Origin: Octopus sinensis
Taxonomy: Eukaryota
NCBI RefSeq assembly: GCF_006345805.1
Contig: NC_043010.1
Location: 46,748,001 to 46,812,000, forward strand
Direction of reading: 5' to 3'
Length of the DNA: 64,000 bases
Positions 25,376-39,328 of this stretch are shown piece after piece; position 1 is the first letter of the stretch, and every line of letters starts with the position of its first letter. A program made the position numbers and the translations under genes. The notes under the pieces were generated by a model. That model saw only the letters and a program-made list of their open reading frames with translations, was not told where the DNA came from and made no database searches.

Positions 25376-25376
25376 G

Positions 25377-25466
<90 letters not shown>

Positions 25467-28261
25467 TATATATATGTATATGTATGTATGTATGTATGTA
25501 TATGTGTATGTATATATATATATATAATATATATATATATAAATGGGTGGTTATTTTTTAAGGAGTTATTGTATGTATTGAGCAAGTTCACAAGAATAAG
25601 ATGAAGCATACATAATTAGGAACTCTATTTTTATTGTAATAGACTGCTGTTGTTTAGCCCCAGATCATACAGACCTGTGATCAAAAGCATTCTAGCTGTA
25701 ACTACTCAATCTTTTTAGAGATATTTAGGACTACATTATCTAATATGTCCTTCTTTTAAAATAACTGGATGTGATCTGAAGGAAATTTCACTGTTATTTT
25801 TGGCAGATTGAATGATTGTGTAATGGTTTCCTTACTGGCTAGCATTTTGTTATTGGTGTTGTTATTGATAAAGTGGCTGAGAAATAAATCTTGAGATGAA
25901 TAGATTATAATCCCTGATGATCAGGTACTTTTTAACCCAACAGAAATATGGAATAAGAGTGTTCTGCCTAGAAACACAACAGAATTCCTATAGTGAATTG
26001 GAACACCTGCACTGAAGTCATTTTGATCAAATATATTCTTTTCTTATAAATGCGCAGTTCAGTCCTAAAGTCATTGTCATCACCTTCATCATCATCATTG
26101 TAAGCTAGAGGAATGGAATGCTATCAAGCAGACTACAAACTAAGCACACATGACAAGATCTGCCTCATGATAACATGTACAAAATGTATGCAGAGAGTCC
26201 AATGTCAAACACCTACATTTTCTGTCTGACCATTCACTGCAAGAAGTATATTTGACCCAATGAGGCTAGTACAATCACTTATCCATACTCTTTACTCTTT
26301 TATTTGTTTCAGTCATTTGACTGCAGCCATGCTGGAGCACCACCTTTAGTTGAGCAAATCGACCCCAGGACTTATTCTTTGGAAGCTTAGTACTTATTCT
26401 ATCAGTCTCTTTTGCCGAACCACTAACTTATGGGGACGTAAACACACCACCATTGGTTGTCAAGCGATGTTGGGGAGGACTTATTTATTTTATTTTAGTT
26501 ATTTATTTTATTTTATTTTACTTTTTACTTAATTTAGCACAATCTTAAAAAAAGGAAGTAGAAGAACAGATGGGTTAGAAAATGTTCTTGGATATAAAAA
26601 AAAAATAGATACAGGATGGTCAAAGGTAGAATGCTTTTGATCATAGGTCTGTTTAGTACTGACCTAGGGCTAAATAACAACAGCACAACTAGATTATCTC
26701 TCAATAGGTAAATAAGAGTTGCTAAAGTATGGAACAAACTGCTGGCATCAGTTGTTAGAGCACTGCATCCTTCAAAACTTCCATGCTTTCTGAGATTCGC
26801 CAACACTACACCTGATTTTCTCCCCTCCATACACACGCAAGCAGGTATCTGACTCATACATTGTTCACTTTCCAGACATTTGTACATTACTGCATATGCT
26901 TTATATGCACTTTTGACAAGTTGTGGTTCACCTGGGCACTGTATACAATAATTTCATTATTATTTTGTTTTTTAATTATTGACTGAGAGATGAGAAACAG
27001 AAGTTGTGACAGTCAACCTATTGCCAAGGATGTTAGTATGATAAATGAAGAAAATAACCAAATTACAAAGTTCATTTATTCCAGGAAATTAGGTGAGTGA
27101 ATGTACATGGCCTAGAAACTAGGGTGTTGCACTTATGACTACAACCTGGGTGGTGCATTCTGTTCTTGAGCAAAGCACTTCATTTTATGTTGCTCCAGTC
27201 CACTCAGCTGTAAATGAGTTCCAGCAATAGCTGAAAAGTGTTGCACTTATAATCATAAGATCATGGTTTCAATTCTCAGACTGGACAGTGCATTGTGTTC
27301 TTGAGCAAAACACTTCATTTCACATTGCTCCTGTTAGCTCAGCTGTAAATGAATGCCAGCAATAACTGGGAAGTTAATCCCGCAAAGGAACAGTGCCCAT
27401 TTCCAGGGGAGTTTTGTAATCTGAATCACCTATACACCATGGAAACCAAGTTAAGCTCCAGGCTCTTGAGTCTGAGGACTTGTGACAGACCTGAGACTAA
27501 GTCTTGTTATTGTTCCATAGCAATCATAAACTACCAAACAACCAAATATATTACTAAAACTAGTTAATGGGAGAGGAGAAATTAGTTACTACTAAATGGA
27601 TATGTACAGAAATCATCAAGAAATCTGGCGGGGGGGGGGGGGGGTATCAGTGGAAAACTTATATTAGAACAATTCTTTCATCTGTGGAAATAATTATTTG
27701 AAGAATTCATTGTTTTCCATTGTTTTGTTTTGTTTATTTATATATTTATTTATTTTGTTAATATAAAAATAGGAATTGTTATTGAAAAGGAAGTAGTTTG
27801 GCAGGAAGATTTTGGCTTCATTAAGGAAAAGCCTTACAATCTTTATTTTTATCTGCTTATATCTATGTTTCTATGGAGACAAGCCATCTGGTTGTGATGT
27901 GTTCGAGGAAGATGTCAGAAGCCCAATGTGAACAGAAACCATACTGAGCAGAGTATGATTTTATTGTATCTGGCAAAGATCACTACATGAACTCAGAAAT
28001 AGTTAAAGGAAAGTTAAGAATATTTAGTTGTTTTTGTAGAATGCAACAAACAGCAAGAGGCTGAGTGAAGCTATCAAAATTACTATAACAGCTGTTATTT
28101 GAAAAATATATTAAAAAACATTTTAACACAATTGAAGAGTTAAGAAATATGTAAAAAAAAGTGTTCAAATTATACGCTAATTACTGAATATTTCTCACTT
28201 CTATGAAATAAACATTAACTCTGATTGGGTCCTATGGTACTATGAGATTTAAATAGAATAA

Positions 28262-28700
28262 TTCATCATCCTCGTTTAACGTCTGCTTTCCATGCTAGCA
28301 TGGGTTGGACAATTTGACTGAGGACTGGCAAACCAGATGGCTGTGTCAGGCTCCAATCTGATCTGTCAGAGTTTCTACAGCTGGATGCCCTTCCTAATGC
28401 CATCCACTCCAAGAGTGTAGTGGGTGCCAGTCTGGTGGTACTGGCAACGGCCAAGCTCGAAATGGTGTTTTTTATGTGCCACCTGCACAGGAGTCAGTCC
28501 AGCGGCACTGGCAATGACCTCACTCAAATGTTTTGTTTACATGCCACTGGCACAAGTGCCAGTAAGGCGACGTTGGTAACAATCACGCTCAGATGGTGCT
28601 TTTTATGTGCCCACTAGCATGGACGCCAGGCAGCTGTTTTGGCAGTGATCCCGCTCGGATGGACCTGTCAGCGCTCCACTGGCACAGGTGCCAGTCATTG
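28262..28700 (-). mobile_element. RTE-tail-type element (LINE 3' UTR or derived SINE) with internal subrepeats
   Basis: Reverse complement of ...GGAAGGGCATCCAGCTGTAGAAAC...CCAACCCATGCTAGCATGGAAAGCAGACGTTAAACGA-(TGA)n. Related tails at about 16660-16790, 19900-20050, 40820-41050, 45900-46250 and 48000-48520. Confidence 0.7.
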
Positions 28701-28730
28701 AATTTGGTTTAATTTCAATTTAATTATAAA

Positions 28731-28772
<42 letters not shown>

Positions 28773-30189
28773 CCTTTCTAATATAAACATATGGCCTGAA
28801 ACTGTGGGGGAATGAGTCAATTACACTAACCAAATATTTGACTGGTGCTTAGTTTATCAATCCCAAAAAGATGAAAAGCAAAGCTGACTTCAGCAATTGA
28901 ACTCAGATTTGTAAAAAGGGATGAAATATCACAAAACATTTTGTCAGGCATGCTAACAATTCTGCCAGCTTATTGCCTTTTGAAATAATAATTTAAAACT
29001 GTAAATGCAAGAAGTGGATAATGTACTTAAATACTTGCTCATGCGCTCAAAACCCCTGCAGGTTTTTCTTTTTTCTTTTTTTTTTTTATATGCAGACCAT
29101 TTTATTCTAGATTGCCTCAGTATACCTGGCTGTCAGAAATGCAAAATAGTTTTTTTTTTTTTAAATTGTTCAAGTTCAGAAGTTATGTTATCTTTCTTTG
29201 TCAGAATGTATATGCAAGTCTATGTCTGTGCTTTAAAAAATTATCACCTTCAAATGCGTCATCTTCATATAGTATATGATGAGCCAGTCAACCCAGCAGT
29301 CTATCCCTCTCCAAATTTTGACTGGCCAGAAAACTATAGGGGAGTGAAGTGCATTGCAGACTTACTTTGTAGCTTATCACCACAGTACAACACACACATA
29401 TGCATGCATATATGCACACACTAATATCAAACATAGAAGGTGATGAAGGTAGCGAGCTGACAGAATCATTACCATGCCGGGCAAAATGCTTAGTGATATT
29501 TCATTTGTCTTTACATTCTGAGTTCCAATTCTGTCAAGTCTGACTTTGCCTTTCATCCCTTTGGGGTTGATAAAATAAGTACCAGCCAGGCACTGGAGTC
29601 AATGATATCAACTTACCCCTCCCCCCAAAACTGCTGACCTTGTGGCAAAATTTGAAATCATTATTAGAAGGTGGTGAACTGGCAGAATTGTTAGCATGTT
29701 GGACAAAATGCTTACCAGCATTTCTTTCAATTCATTACATTCTGAGTTCAAATTCCATGAAAGTCAACTTTGCTTTTCAACCTTTCAGAGTTGATAAAAC
29801 AAATACACTGCAATCAACTAAACCCTACCTGCTAAAAAGTTGCTGGACTTGTACAAAAAGTTGAAAAAAATCTTTAGAAACAAAATAAAAATACCTTCTC
29901 CAATCCATTAATAGTGCAATAGACATCAATTTGTATGGATATCTGGGTCTCACTGTCCAAAACTGGATATGCATTGAGCTGCAATAGAATATAACAACAT
30001 ATTATAAGCTTGTGTTGAATCCTTTAACTTAGAAAATTTCAAGCAAACAAATATCAAATAACTATCAAAACGACAATAGTGAAATTTTTGTGTTCCTCCC
30101 TATCTTTATTAATGAGTAGATAGAATAGAATTTGCACCCATGTAATTCTTCTTTCCTTGCCACAATATTGGGGAAGCTTTATCATCATG

Positions 30190-31150
30190 TGGTCAAGCTT
30201 GCTTGGATATTTTTAACCCAAACATGCCATCCATCTTGGTCCTGCATTAGTTAAGTGAGATCTTCAGAGAGGGCATCCAGTGTCTCTGGTGAGTTGATCT
30301 ACATATGTTATGTTCTGAAGACTTGCTTGAGTACAGCCATGCTTTGGCATCTATAGCAGTAGTTCACTTGCAACTCTTGTTTAGCTTGCCAGCAATGTCC
30401 CACAAAGTGCAGGCACCTTTCACTTATAACAGTGGAAACAGGCAGGAAATTTCCACACAGCTGTTTCTTGATGCGGTGAGTTCTCCAAAATATGTTTAAG
30501 ACTGCTCTTAACACTCAGGTCTAAGTTCCATCTAGTTTGGATTCCAGTTTTTTGGTAAGCATCCAGGCTGCTGCTCCATATAAAAGGACTGACTCTACTG
30601 TTGCACAGAAAAAAAAGTTGTCTGACAGGGTTGATTTCCAGACAACATTCAGTTTGTTTAGGGCTGACCATCCTTTGGCTGCATTGAAGAAGCTTAAAAG
30701 GTTTAAAACCATTCATACATCTTTTCTGTCATGGGGTGTAGAGTCTTAAGGTACCTCCTCCATAGGGTCCTGTCAGAATCAACCCTCATATTACTTTCCA
30801 GCTAGACTCCCAAGCATGGCCAACCAAAACTCTGGATATTGTTCAACCATCTCTTTCCCCTAGGTCTCCTGCTGGTTGGCTCAGCTTGAAGAATCTGTCT
30901 TGCGATTCTTCCCTTAACATTCTAATCACATGTCCATAAAACCAGAGCTGTGACTTCACAGTGCAGAGAAGTAGTGATTCAAGCTGGAGAGACTCTCTGA
31001 TCTTAAAGCTATGTACCTAGTCAAGTAATGGCACTCCAGAGATATTTCAGAGTGGCCCCATTTCAGCCAATTGTATTTGCAATCATACTCATCCAGTCAT
31101 TCTCCAACAATCTTGACTATGGTTTTATTAACCATGACAATTCTTCTACT
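30190..31150 (-). mobile_element. Two adjacent degenerate RTE-type LINE 3' fragments
   Basis: ATVESVLLYGAAAWMLTKKLESKLDGT and MLRAVLNIFWR...HFVGHCW (30190-30720). A second piece with YGHVIRM (30735-31150) is also present at 37120-37450. Confidence 0.8.
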
Positions 31151-32176
31151 CTCTTTTTAATCCTCCAGTGAGAAACTCCACATTAACCAACTGAGTTATA
31201 GCAATATCACTTCTTGTAGTGTTTGTTGGGAAAACAAATCATCTTAGTAGACTGTATCTTACTCAAAACTCCTTAATTTCATACTGCTTACAGTAAGCAA
31301 TTGTTCCTAAGCTGCAATATTTATTTTTATTTCAGTAGATTGGGCCATTTGTTAGTTGAATGTCTTGGCCACAGATACAATGTAGTACCAATGATAAGCT
31401 TGGTAATCTACTTGGATTATTGGAAATTTGTAATCAGTCATGCTATTACTTAACAAAATGTGATATAAAACTTGAAAAAAAAGTAAGCACCTCTTTTCCT
31501 AACTAATCAGTAGTTTAGTGAATGTTATAACTCTTGGTTTAATATAGGCTTCTAGTTCACATCCTGTTTGTGACTATATTCACATCTAAGAATGAGACAC
31601 AGAACCATGTGGTTGGAAAGCAAGCTTCTTATCACAGCCATGCCTGAAGCTGGGGGAGAAAAAAATCATTCAAAAAATATCATTTCACAAAATATAATGA
31701 TAACAGTCAAAAACTTTGTCACTTCATATTAATAACCCAATTCTAGAAATAGCAGTCATATCTCCCTTAAATTACATGCTGCCATCTTAGGAAAGAGAAA
31801 AAAGTGGGCATATTGGTAAATGTAGTCCATAACCAAAATACACTATGTTGAGATGGTCGTGGTTGAAAAGCCTTTGATGATAGGTCTGCTTGATCAGAGC
31901 TGACTTTGAGCTAACCAAAAGCAGTGACAATGACACATCTAAAAATATTCAGACACAACATCACCACGATCACCACTAATATTTTGATATCTAGATTTCC
32001 ATGCTTGAGGCAAACTTTTCCTAAGGCCTACCTACCTTACCTTACCTGTTTCTAAGCAAAGTAATAACCCTTTGTCAAAGTGGTGAGCTGGTAGAATCGT
32101 TAGCACACCAGGCAAAATGCTTAGTGGTGTTTTGTCTGTCTTTATATTTCAAGCTCAAATGTTGCCAGGGACGCCT

Positions 32177-32369
32177 TTAACCCTTTTGTTATCATATTAA
32201 TTTTGGGATGCTCTGTGTTTCTTTCAATTATTTCAAATATAACAAGGAATTTAGTAAAATAACTTAGTTATCATTAAGCTAATGTTACGAACATAAATTC
32301 AAAACATATGAAAACAAGACATTTGTACTACTGAGCTGATTTCAGCCAGGTTGGTAACGAAAGGGTTAA
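32177..32369 (+). mobile_element. piggyBac-type MITE copy (internal deletion) nested in a SINE
   Basis: TTAA duplication at 32177-80 and 32366-69 splits a SINE spanning about 32080-32480. Confidence 0.8.
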
Positions 32370-32899
32370 TCCTTTCAGGGTCAATAAAATAAGTACCAGT
32401 TGAGTACTGGGGTCAATGTAATTGACTTACCCCATAGCCCAAACTTGCTAACCTTGTGCCAAAATTTAAAACCAATATTTTCCCCTTTGTCTGAACATTC
32501 TGTCACACAGAAGAAGCTTATAAATTAAATGATACAACTTTTGTGTTTTGTGATGGTGATATTAATTTACAATTAATGCCCAATGTCCACACAGAGAGAC
32601 ACATGGTAACATCAGTTGTGTTTTCAGTTAAGGATTCAGTCCATTCACAGTGCTATGCATGTTCTCTCATGTAAGTAATTTGAGAATTCACACTACCTTG
32701 TATAATGCGAATAAGAGAATCTGTGCACTGTTCAGAAACTGTCAGTCAACGCAACAATTTATAATGGTATCAAGTAATTCATGTTGGTTTCAGATTAAAT
32801 ACAAAAATACAAAACCAAAACCCAACTCTATAATGATTTTCACAAACACTTATATTAATGAAGCACTTCATACACACAGGTATGAGTGTACACATGTGT

Positions 32900-33113
32900 G
32901 CACATATGTATGTGTGATTGTATATACATATATATATATATATATATAATATATATATATATACATACATAGATACATACATACATACATACATGTGTGT
33001 GTGTGTGTATACATATATAAATGTATATTTATGTATGTGTGTGGGTGTATATATATATATGTGTGTGTGTGTGTATGTGTATATATACATATGTATGTAT
33101 GTATATATATATG

Positions 33114-33148
<35 letters not shown>

Positions 33149-33189
33149 ATATATATATGTATATATATATATGTATATATATATGTATG

Positions 33190-33245
<56 letters not shown>

Positions 33246-33254
33246 GCATGTATG

Positions 33255-33301
<47 letters not shown>

Positions 33302-33307
33302 GTATGT

Positions 33308-33341
<34 letters not shown>

Positions 33342-33382
33342 ATATATATATATTTATATATATATATATGTATATATATATT

Positions 33383-33413
<31 letters not shown>

Positions 33414-33470
33414 TATGTATATATATATATATGTGTGTGTGTGTGTGGATATGTACATACATATACACAT
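32900..33470. repeat. Long compound (TA)n/(TG)n microsatellite
   Basis: Directly visible. Similar arrays at 14905-15210, 15410-15610, 25300-25540, 38220-38430 and 43380-43690. Confidence 0.95.
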
Positions 33471-34159
33471 AGATCAATCTATATCTCTATATATATCATA
33501 TTTCCTCTGTAATGTATTTCTAATCTAACTATGAACATAAAAACGAAACATCCTAATAGTCAGGAATGTAACGTAAACTGTTACAGACGAGCTGCATATT
33601 GAAACCTTCACTATGCACAAAACCTGTTACGAAGGAAGGTTAATATCTAAACATGCATTTTCTCGTAATGGCCACAGCTATCAGGTTGTGGTACTTACAC
33701 AGATGGGTTTCACAGCCAAAGTCCTACTAAGGAACAACAGCAAGTAATTAGTGCAATTTCATGTTATATGATATCTCTTTTAAAACATAGCTGCACCAAA
33801 GTTCAGTATATGTATGCATGCTTTCACCTAACACAGGTTTTATGTGTATATTAAAATTGCTTTGAGGCTTCTTTTAGTATTAGGCTCGAGTATATTGTGC
33901 AGTATACAAAAACAAAAAGCCAAATAAATTCTGCAAATTTCTTATCCAAATTGCCTTCGTCTATTTAGACAATGTTGGTAATCAAAGAAAAATATGATTA
34001 GAATTAGCATTGGAATAGATTGAGGTAATTACTGACACGATGCATTAATTATTTCAGTTTTTCTTTGATTTGTTTTGGGTTTTTTTTTCAACCTTGACAA
34101 GAAATGATATGTCGTAGCTGAAACGCACATATACATTCAAGCAAGATAAATATGGGTGG

Positions 34160-34194
<35 letters not shown>

Positions 34195-34377
34195 AGTGTG
34201 TGTATACTACATATACATGTGTGTATGTGTACAATGACATGTAGCCAAGTGGTTTGGCTGTTGCACTTGCAATCACCAGATCATGGTTTCAATTCCCAAA
34301 CCGGATGGTGCATTGTGTTCTTGAGCAAAACAATTTCATGTCACTCTATGATCACTCTGATATTTATGTGTGGTACC

Positions 34378-35520
34378 AGGGCTGGCCCCAGGGTAACTGA
34401 TGCCCTGGGTGAATCAAATTTTAAACGCCCCCTCTCCCCACTCCACAGGGTGGGGGGATGGCAAGCCAAGCAAGCCCAACAAGAAAGCTTTTAGAAATAT
34501 GAATAAACACAGGAGCAATTTGAAGTAACTTGTAAAGGAAAATTTTAAATTTATTTCTTTAAAATTAATGAAAAAATATATAATAATTAATAAACATGAA
34601 GTATTGAAAATTTGATATTTTACTAATTGGATATGAGCAAATATGGTAAATGTGTTTGTATTCTCCCTTTTTGATTTGATTTAACTCAAAGGTGTTTTTT
34701 TTTTTTATTATTGGTTGTTGAAATATTTAAATATTATTGTTCTTTACTCTTAGTACTTAAAAGCTAATTTTGCAAGCTTTCTGTCTTGCAAAATCTTTTG
34801 CAAGCTCTTGGAGTGGAAGTTTTCTACAAATTGCATATTCTATGGAAATCGTAGCTAGTCTGGTGAGCCTCTCTTGGGCCATTAAAGTTCTTAGATATGT
34901 CTTTATTAATTTGTTTTGAAAAGCTACACTCTCCACTTGCGACACTTATTGGTAGGGTTAGCAGGATTCTGAGAGCAATGTACAAATTTGAAAAGCTTTC
35001 TCTTTGTTGCTGCTTGCAAAATAGCTCAAGCACTTTCAAAGTATCACAGGATTTTTCAAGTCTTCTTGATATGACATTCAGTTCATTAGACAAATCTTTA
35101 GCAACAATATCCTTTGACTCTCCAAACTGTAGGGTAGACTCAAGTTTTATGCAAAATTCCATTACTTGATGAGAAGTTTTAAATTAAAAAAGATTTATAT
35201 TGTACAGAAAGCCAAAGATGGAATTTACCAGTTTCAATTGTTCAAAGCATTCTGAAACTGAGTTAATTGATGTATCCAGTATTGCGAAATAAAAATTTAT
35301 TTTGTAGCTTTGTTTACTAGCCTGGATAGGTTCAATTTTTTCCTTCATATGAGAATTGTTGTTTCTTTCTTCTAATGCACACTGGCTTTGCTTCAAATTC
35401 TGCACACATACCAAACTCATCAGCTACCTCACAAGCATCAACATGTACTTCTTCAAATTTTTTATCACTCCTGCAATCAATAACATAGTTTCTGGTTTGT
35501 TCAAGCTCTAAGTGCAGAGT
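34378..35520 (-). mobile_element. hAT transposon remnant (C-terminal dimerisation domain, ZMYM1-like)
   Basis: LYIALRILLTLPISVASGECSFSK and LIKTYLRTLMAQERLTRLATISIE, frameshifted. GC-rich terminus CAGGGCTGGCCCCAGGG at about 34378. Confidence 0.85.
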
Positions 35521-37119
35521 CTATGGTTAAATCCTTTGACTGAAATTTTTTGATAGTAATGTTAATTTCAAATATACCAAAGAACTAATGAAGTTACAAA
35601 ACTGAACTTGGAAATCTTGTTAGATAGATAGATACATACATACATACATAGATATAGCTGCATAACTACGGCTGTGTACCCCCACCTGACTGTTGCCTCA
35701 TAACTTCCAGAAAAATATATACTTTTTAACAAAATTTTCAACAAATATATATGCTGTGGATGCAGAGTATATAGGGATTTATGGCAAAGAATTTTTCTGA
35801 GAGAGTGGGGAGAAGAGTTTTGGAAAATTCACACGATCCAACTTTTTTCCCTCACAACTTTCAGGAAAATGTATAGCTTTTAATGAAATTTAATACAAAT
35901 CCCTTTTAAACAGAATGGATTATGATTATCATTTCTTTCTCACTGTTGAATGTATTGATGACAATTGCAACATGGAAGATATTTGTCATTGACAAAACTT
36001 GGCCAAGTTTTGTTAGTGAACAGGTTGCAGTTTCAAAGTGACAAAAATATTTTGATACAAAAGAAATTTAAATGAAGTGAAACTAACAGTTTTTATGCGT
36101 TGTTAAAACATTACAAATATCTTCCACACTGCAATTGTTTTTGTTTCAGCACACAATCTCAGATCAAGTCACTTGCCATGTAAGTACATCTCCGTAATGT
36201 ATTGATGCTTTTCAATAAATAGATGCTAGTGTGAAAATGGAGAGTGGTTTGGGATGTGCAAGAAACAACAGCCAAATCTCCCTTGAATCGTACTCCTTTT
36301 CCTCTGAAAATTTTTACAATTATTTTTTTTAATTTTTTATCGAAAAGGCTCCTTCCAAGATTCTTACTTCTTTCAGTAAGTTATCATAGTTGTTTTCAAA
36401 TAGTGAATTAAAACTTTAAAATGAAAACATTCAAAGAGAAAATGAGAGAATTTGCAAATGAAAACGAACAATTCTCCATTGCTACATCCATATCGGAAGT
36501 TGATATTGAAAAACCTTTTGAAAGAAGTGGATCATATACATAAGGCAATATTATTAATTTTTAAGAAAAAAATAAACTGAATACCCTATTATTTTTCTGG
36601 AATGAAATCATTTACACATGCCAATTATGGAGGTACTTCGTGCAGCCATTTTGGCATGAAAAGCAAATTCACACACAGCTCTATTTTATTATATAGATTA
36701 CAAAAACAGTTTAAGTCAAGTTCAATATAATTGAGCACATTACTCAGACAAATATGACAGGTCTTACTCATAGAATTTGAATGGTTTCTTGAAGCAAAAA
36801 TTATATGAGAATTTAATATAAATATTTATTAAATAATTATCAATCATATGATTAATATTAAGTGAAAAAGGAGTTAAAAATCCCATTTGGAATATGCCCA
36901 TGCAAAAAAACTTCTTTTTAAAAACCTCCCTGGCTCCTCTGTGATTTAATTCCTGAGAAAAAATTCTCCACAAAAAGCAGTTATAGGCTGTATATATTAA
37001 ATCATGGATCAGTCTGATTAGGGCCAACCAGCAGAGAAGCCAGAAAAACTATGAATTAACACTTCATTGTGCTTCAGACTTAGCTATTCATGTACACCAT
37101 TCATCTTTTCTACCCACTA

Positions 37120-37450
37120 TTCCTGAGAGAGTTGTTGGGGTAGAGTCCTGAGGTACCTCCTCTGTAGGATCCTATCAAAAACAACAGTCATTACACTTTC
37201 CAGCATCATTCCCAAGTGTAAACGTGATTGTAAATATTATCCAACCATCTCTTTCTCAGTCTATTCCCTAGGTTTCCTGTCAGTTGGCTCAGCTTGAAGA
37301 ATCTGTCTTACAATTCTTTCCTGCAACATTCTAATCACATGTCCATAATATTGAAACTGTAACCTCTCAAAGCAGAGAAGTAGTGACTCAACCTGGACAA
37401 ACTCTCTGATCTCTGAGCTATGCACACTATCAAGTAATTTTACCACAAGC
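37120..37450 (-). mobile_element. LINE 3' fragment, homologous to 30735-31030
   Basis: ORF 37261-37455: IREFVQVESLLLCFERLQFQYYGHVIRMLQERIVRQILQAEPTDRKPR. Confidence 0.75.
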
Positions 37451-38568
37451 TTCAAATTATTGAGAAATAAATACTTCCTTTAAATATGATATGGTAAAAT
37501 GATGTTGGCAGTGGTACAGCATGGAGAGGGAAGTTGCATCAGGGAGAAGGACACTGCATCATAGATAAAAGAGCTAAGACACTTGCTTATTTTCTTTCTT
37601 GTTATTTTTCTTTCAGAGACAATAACTCTATCATTATATAACTATATATGTCTACACCAGATTGCTTATGAAACAAATAATTACTTATCATAATTAGATT
37701 AATATAAATTAACAGAATGCCACATTAACCCAATAACTATAAGGAGTTTCTTATCAATATAACCAGCAGAATTGGTAAGCAGTAACCTACCATTTCTTTA
37801 TATTCTACTGAAAAGCTGTTATGTAATTCATATGAAAACAATACATCATCAACAATGGTAAAAAAAGAAAAAAAAAAAACCAACAAAAATGCACTTCAAC
37901 ACTTAACTGAAAGAAGAAACAATGAAGACTAAGGTCATAAAAATATATTGAATCAGAAGAATCAAGTAAATATTCTACAGAAATCTGAAGAATCTGACAG
38001 TTTAGATTTATTGCCTCATCAGAAATAGATTGGTTTACTGTGTTAGAAACTTTGTTGCTTGCCTATAAGACAGCGACAATGAAATAGTGGATAACAGTGG
38101 CAAAGCCAGTGTGTGTATGATAAGAATTTTGACAGAAAGCCAAGAAAATCAGTAACAAGTGAATTGGAATGTGGATTTAAGACTAAACACATCTATCAAT
38201 GAAAGTTTATAAATACACAGACACATATATTCACTTGCGGGGACACACACACACATGAATACACACACACATATGAATACACACACATATATGCATGTAC
38301 ACACACATACACATATATATGCATACACACACATATATGCATACACACAAACACACACAAATATACATACACACACACATATATACATACACACACACAT
38401 ATATGCATACACACACACATATATATGTATATCTAATGCAGAAATCTCTGACCAAGGTATAAACGGTAGCTGCATGACATTGTGAAGTATATTTGCCACC
38501 TAAAGGTACCTAATCCTTACGGGTTGATGCTACTGTAGTTTGAAGCCCCAGGAAGACATCTCCAGCTG

Positions 38569-39328
38569 AAGAAGAAGTTTGCCAATGTCCAGCAACATGA
38601 GGATCAAAGAACTTAAGTATTTCAGATTGCAAGACAGTGTGTGACAGAAAATTGTTATGTCACAGGAGAGAAATGTGTTCACATGGATGATGGTACACTT
38701 GCTTCTAATGATTCAGAAAACAAAGAGGCTTGGAGAAGCTATTATGAAAGACCACTGAGCGTGGAGAATGAATGGGAGGAGGAGAACCTGCCAAATATTG
38801 ACCCAGTAGAGGGACCAGCTATCTGAATAGACAGCACCCTGGTAGATAAAGCAATTAAGGGTATGAAGACAGGAAAAGCCCCCGGCCCATCAGGAATCAC
38901 TGCTGAAATGCTTAAAACATCTGGTGGTGTGGGCTATGCCCTAGTCACCCATACTGTAAACCAGGAAGTTCATGATGGAGTCATACCCTATGACTGGCGT
39001 AGCAGTACCACAGTCAACTGCTACAAGGATAAAGGTAATGCTTTAGATAGAAACAACTACAGGGGTATCAAATTGCTGGATCAGGTGATGAAGGTCATAG
39101 AGAGGGTCATAGCCCAACTTATTAAGGAAAGAGTCTGCTTAGATGAGATGCAGTTCAGTTTTGTGCCAGGTAGAAGCACCACTGATGCTATATTCCTGAT
39201 ACGGCAAGTGCAGGAGAAATACCTAGCCAAAGATAAACCCCTATACTTGGCTTTTGTGGACTTGGAGAAAGCATTTCAACAGGGTCCCCTGATCCCTTAT
39301 CTGGTGGGCAATGCAGAAACTGGGGATT
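38569..39328 (+). mobile_element. RTE-clade LINE fragment (same family as 12847-14903)
   Basis: ORF 38863-39330 with KAPGPSGITAEMLK, NYRGIKLLDQVMKVIERV and FVDLEKAF. Confidence 0.92.

Noticed and set aside
26990-27092. Plus-strand ATG-led 34-codon frame ending at AG|GTGAGT
   Set aside because: No recognisable homology and no compatible downstream exon found. Such sites are expected by chance in 64 kb.
29005-29424. 139-aa plus-strand ORF; also 56038-56379 and 56523-56864
   Set aside because: No ATG or splice support and no recognisable domain. They partly overlap decayed repeats.
32650-33528. Long ORFs of YI/CV/HT repeats here and at 11364-11740, 14764-15645, 16663-17298, 25244-25609 and 38149-38499
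   Set aside because: These are translations of TA/TG/CA microsatellites, not genes.
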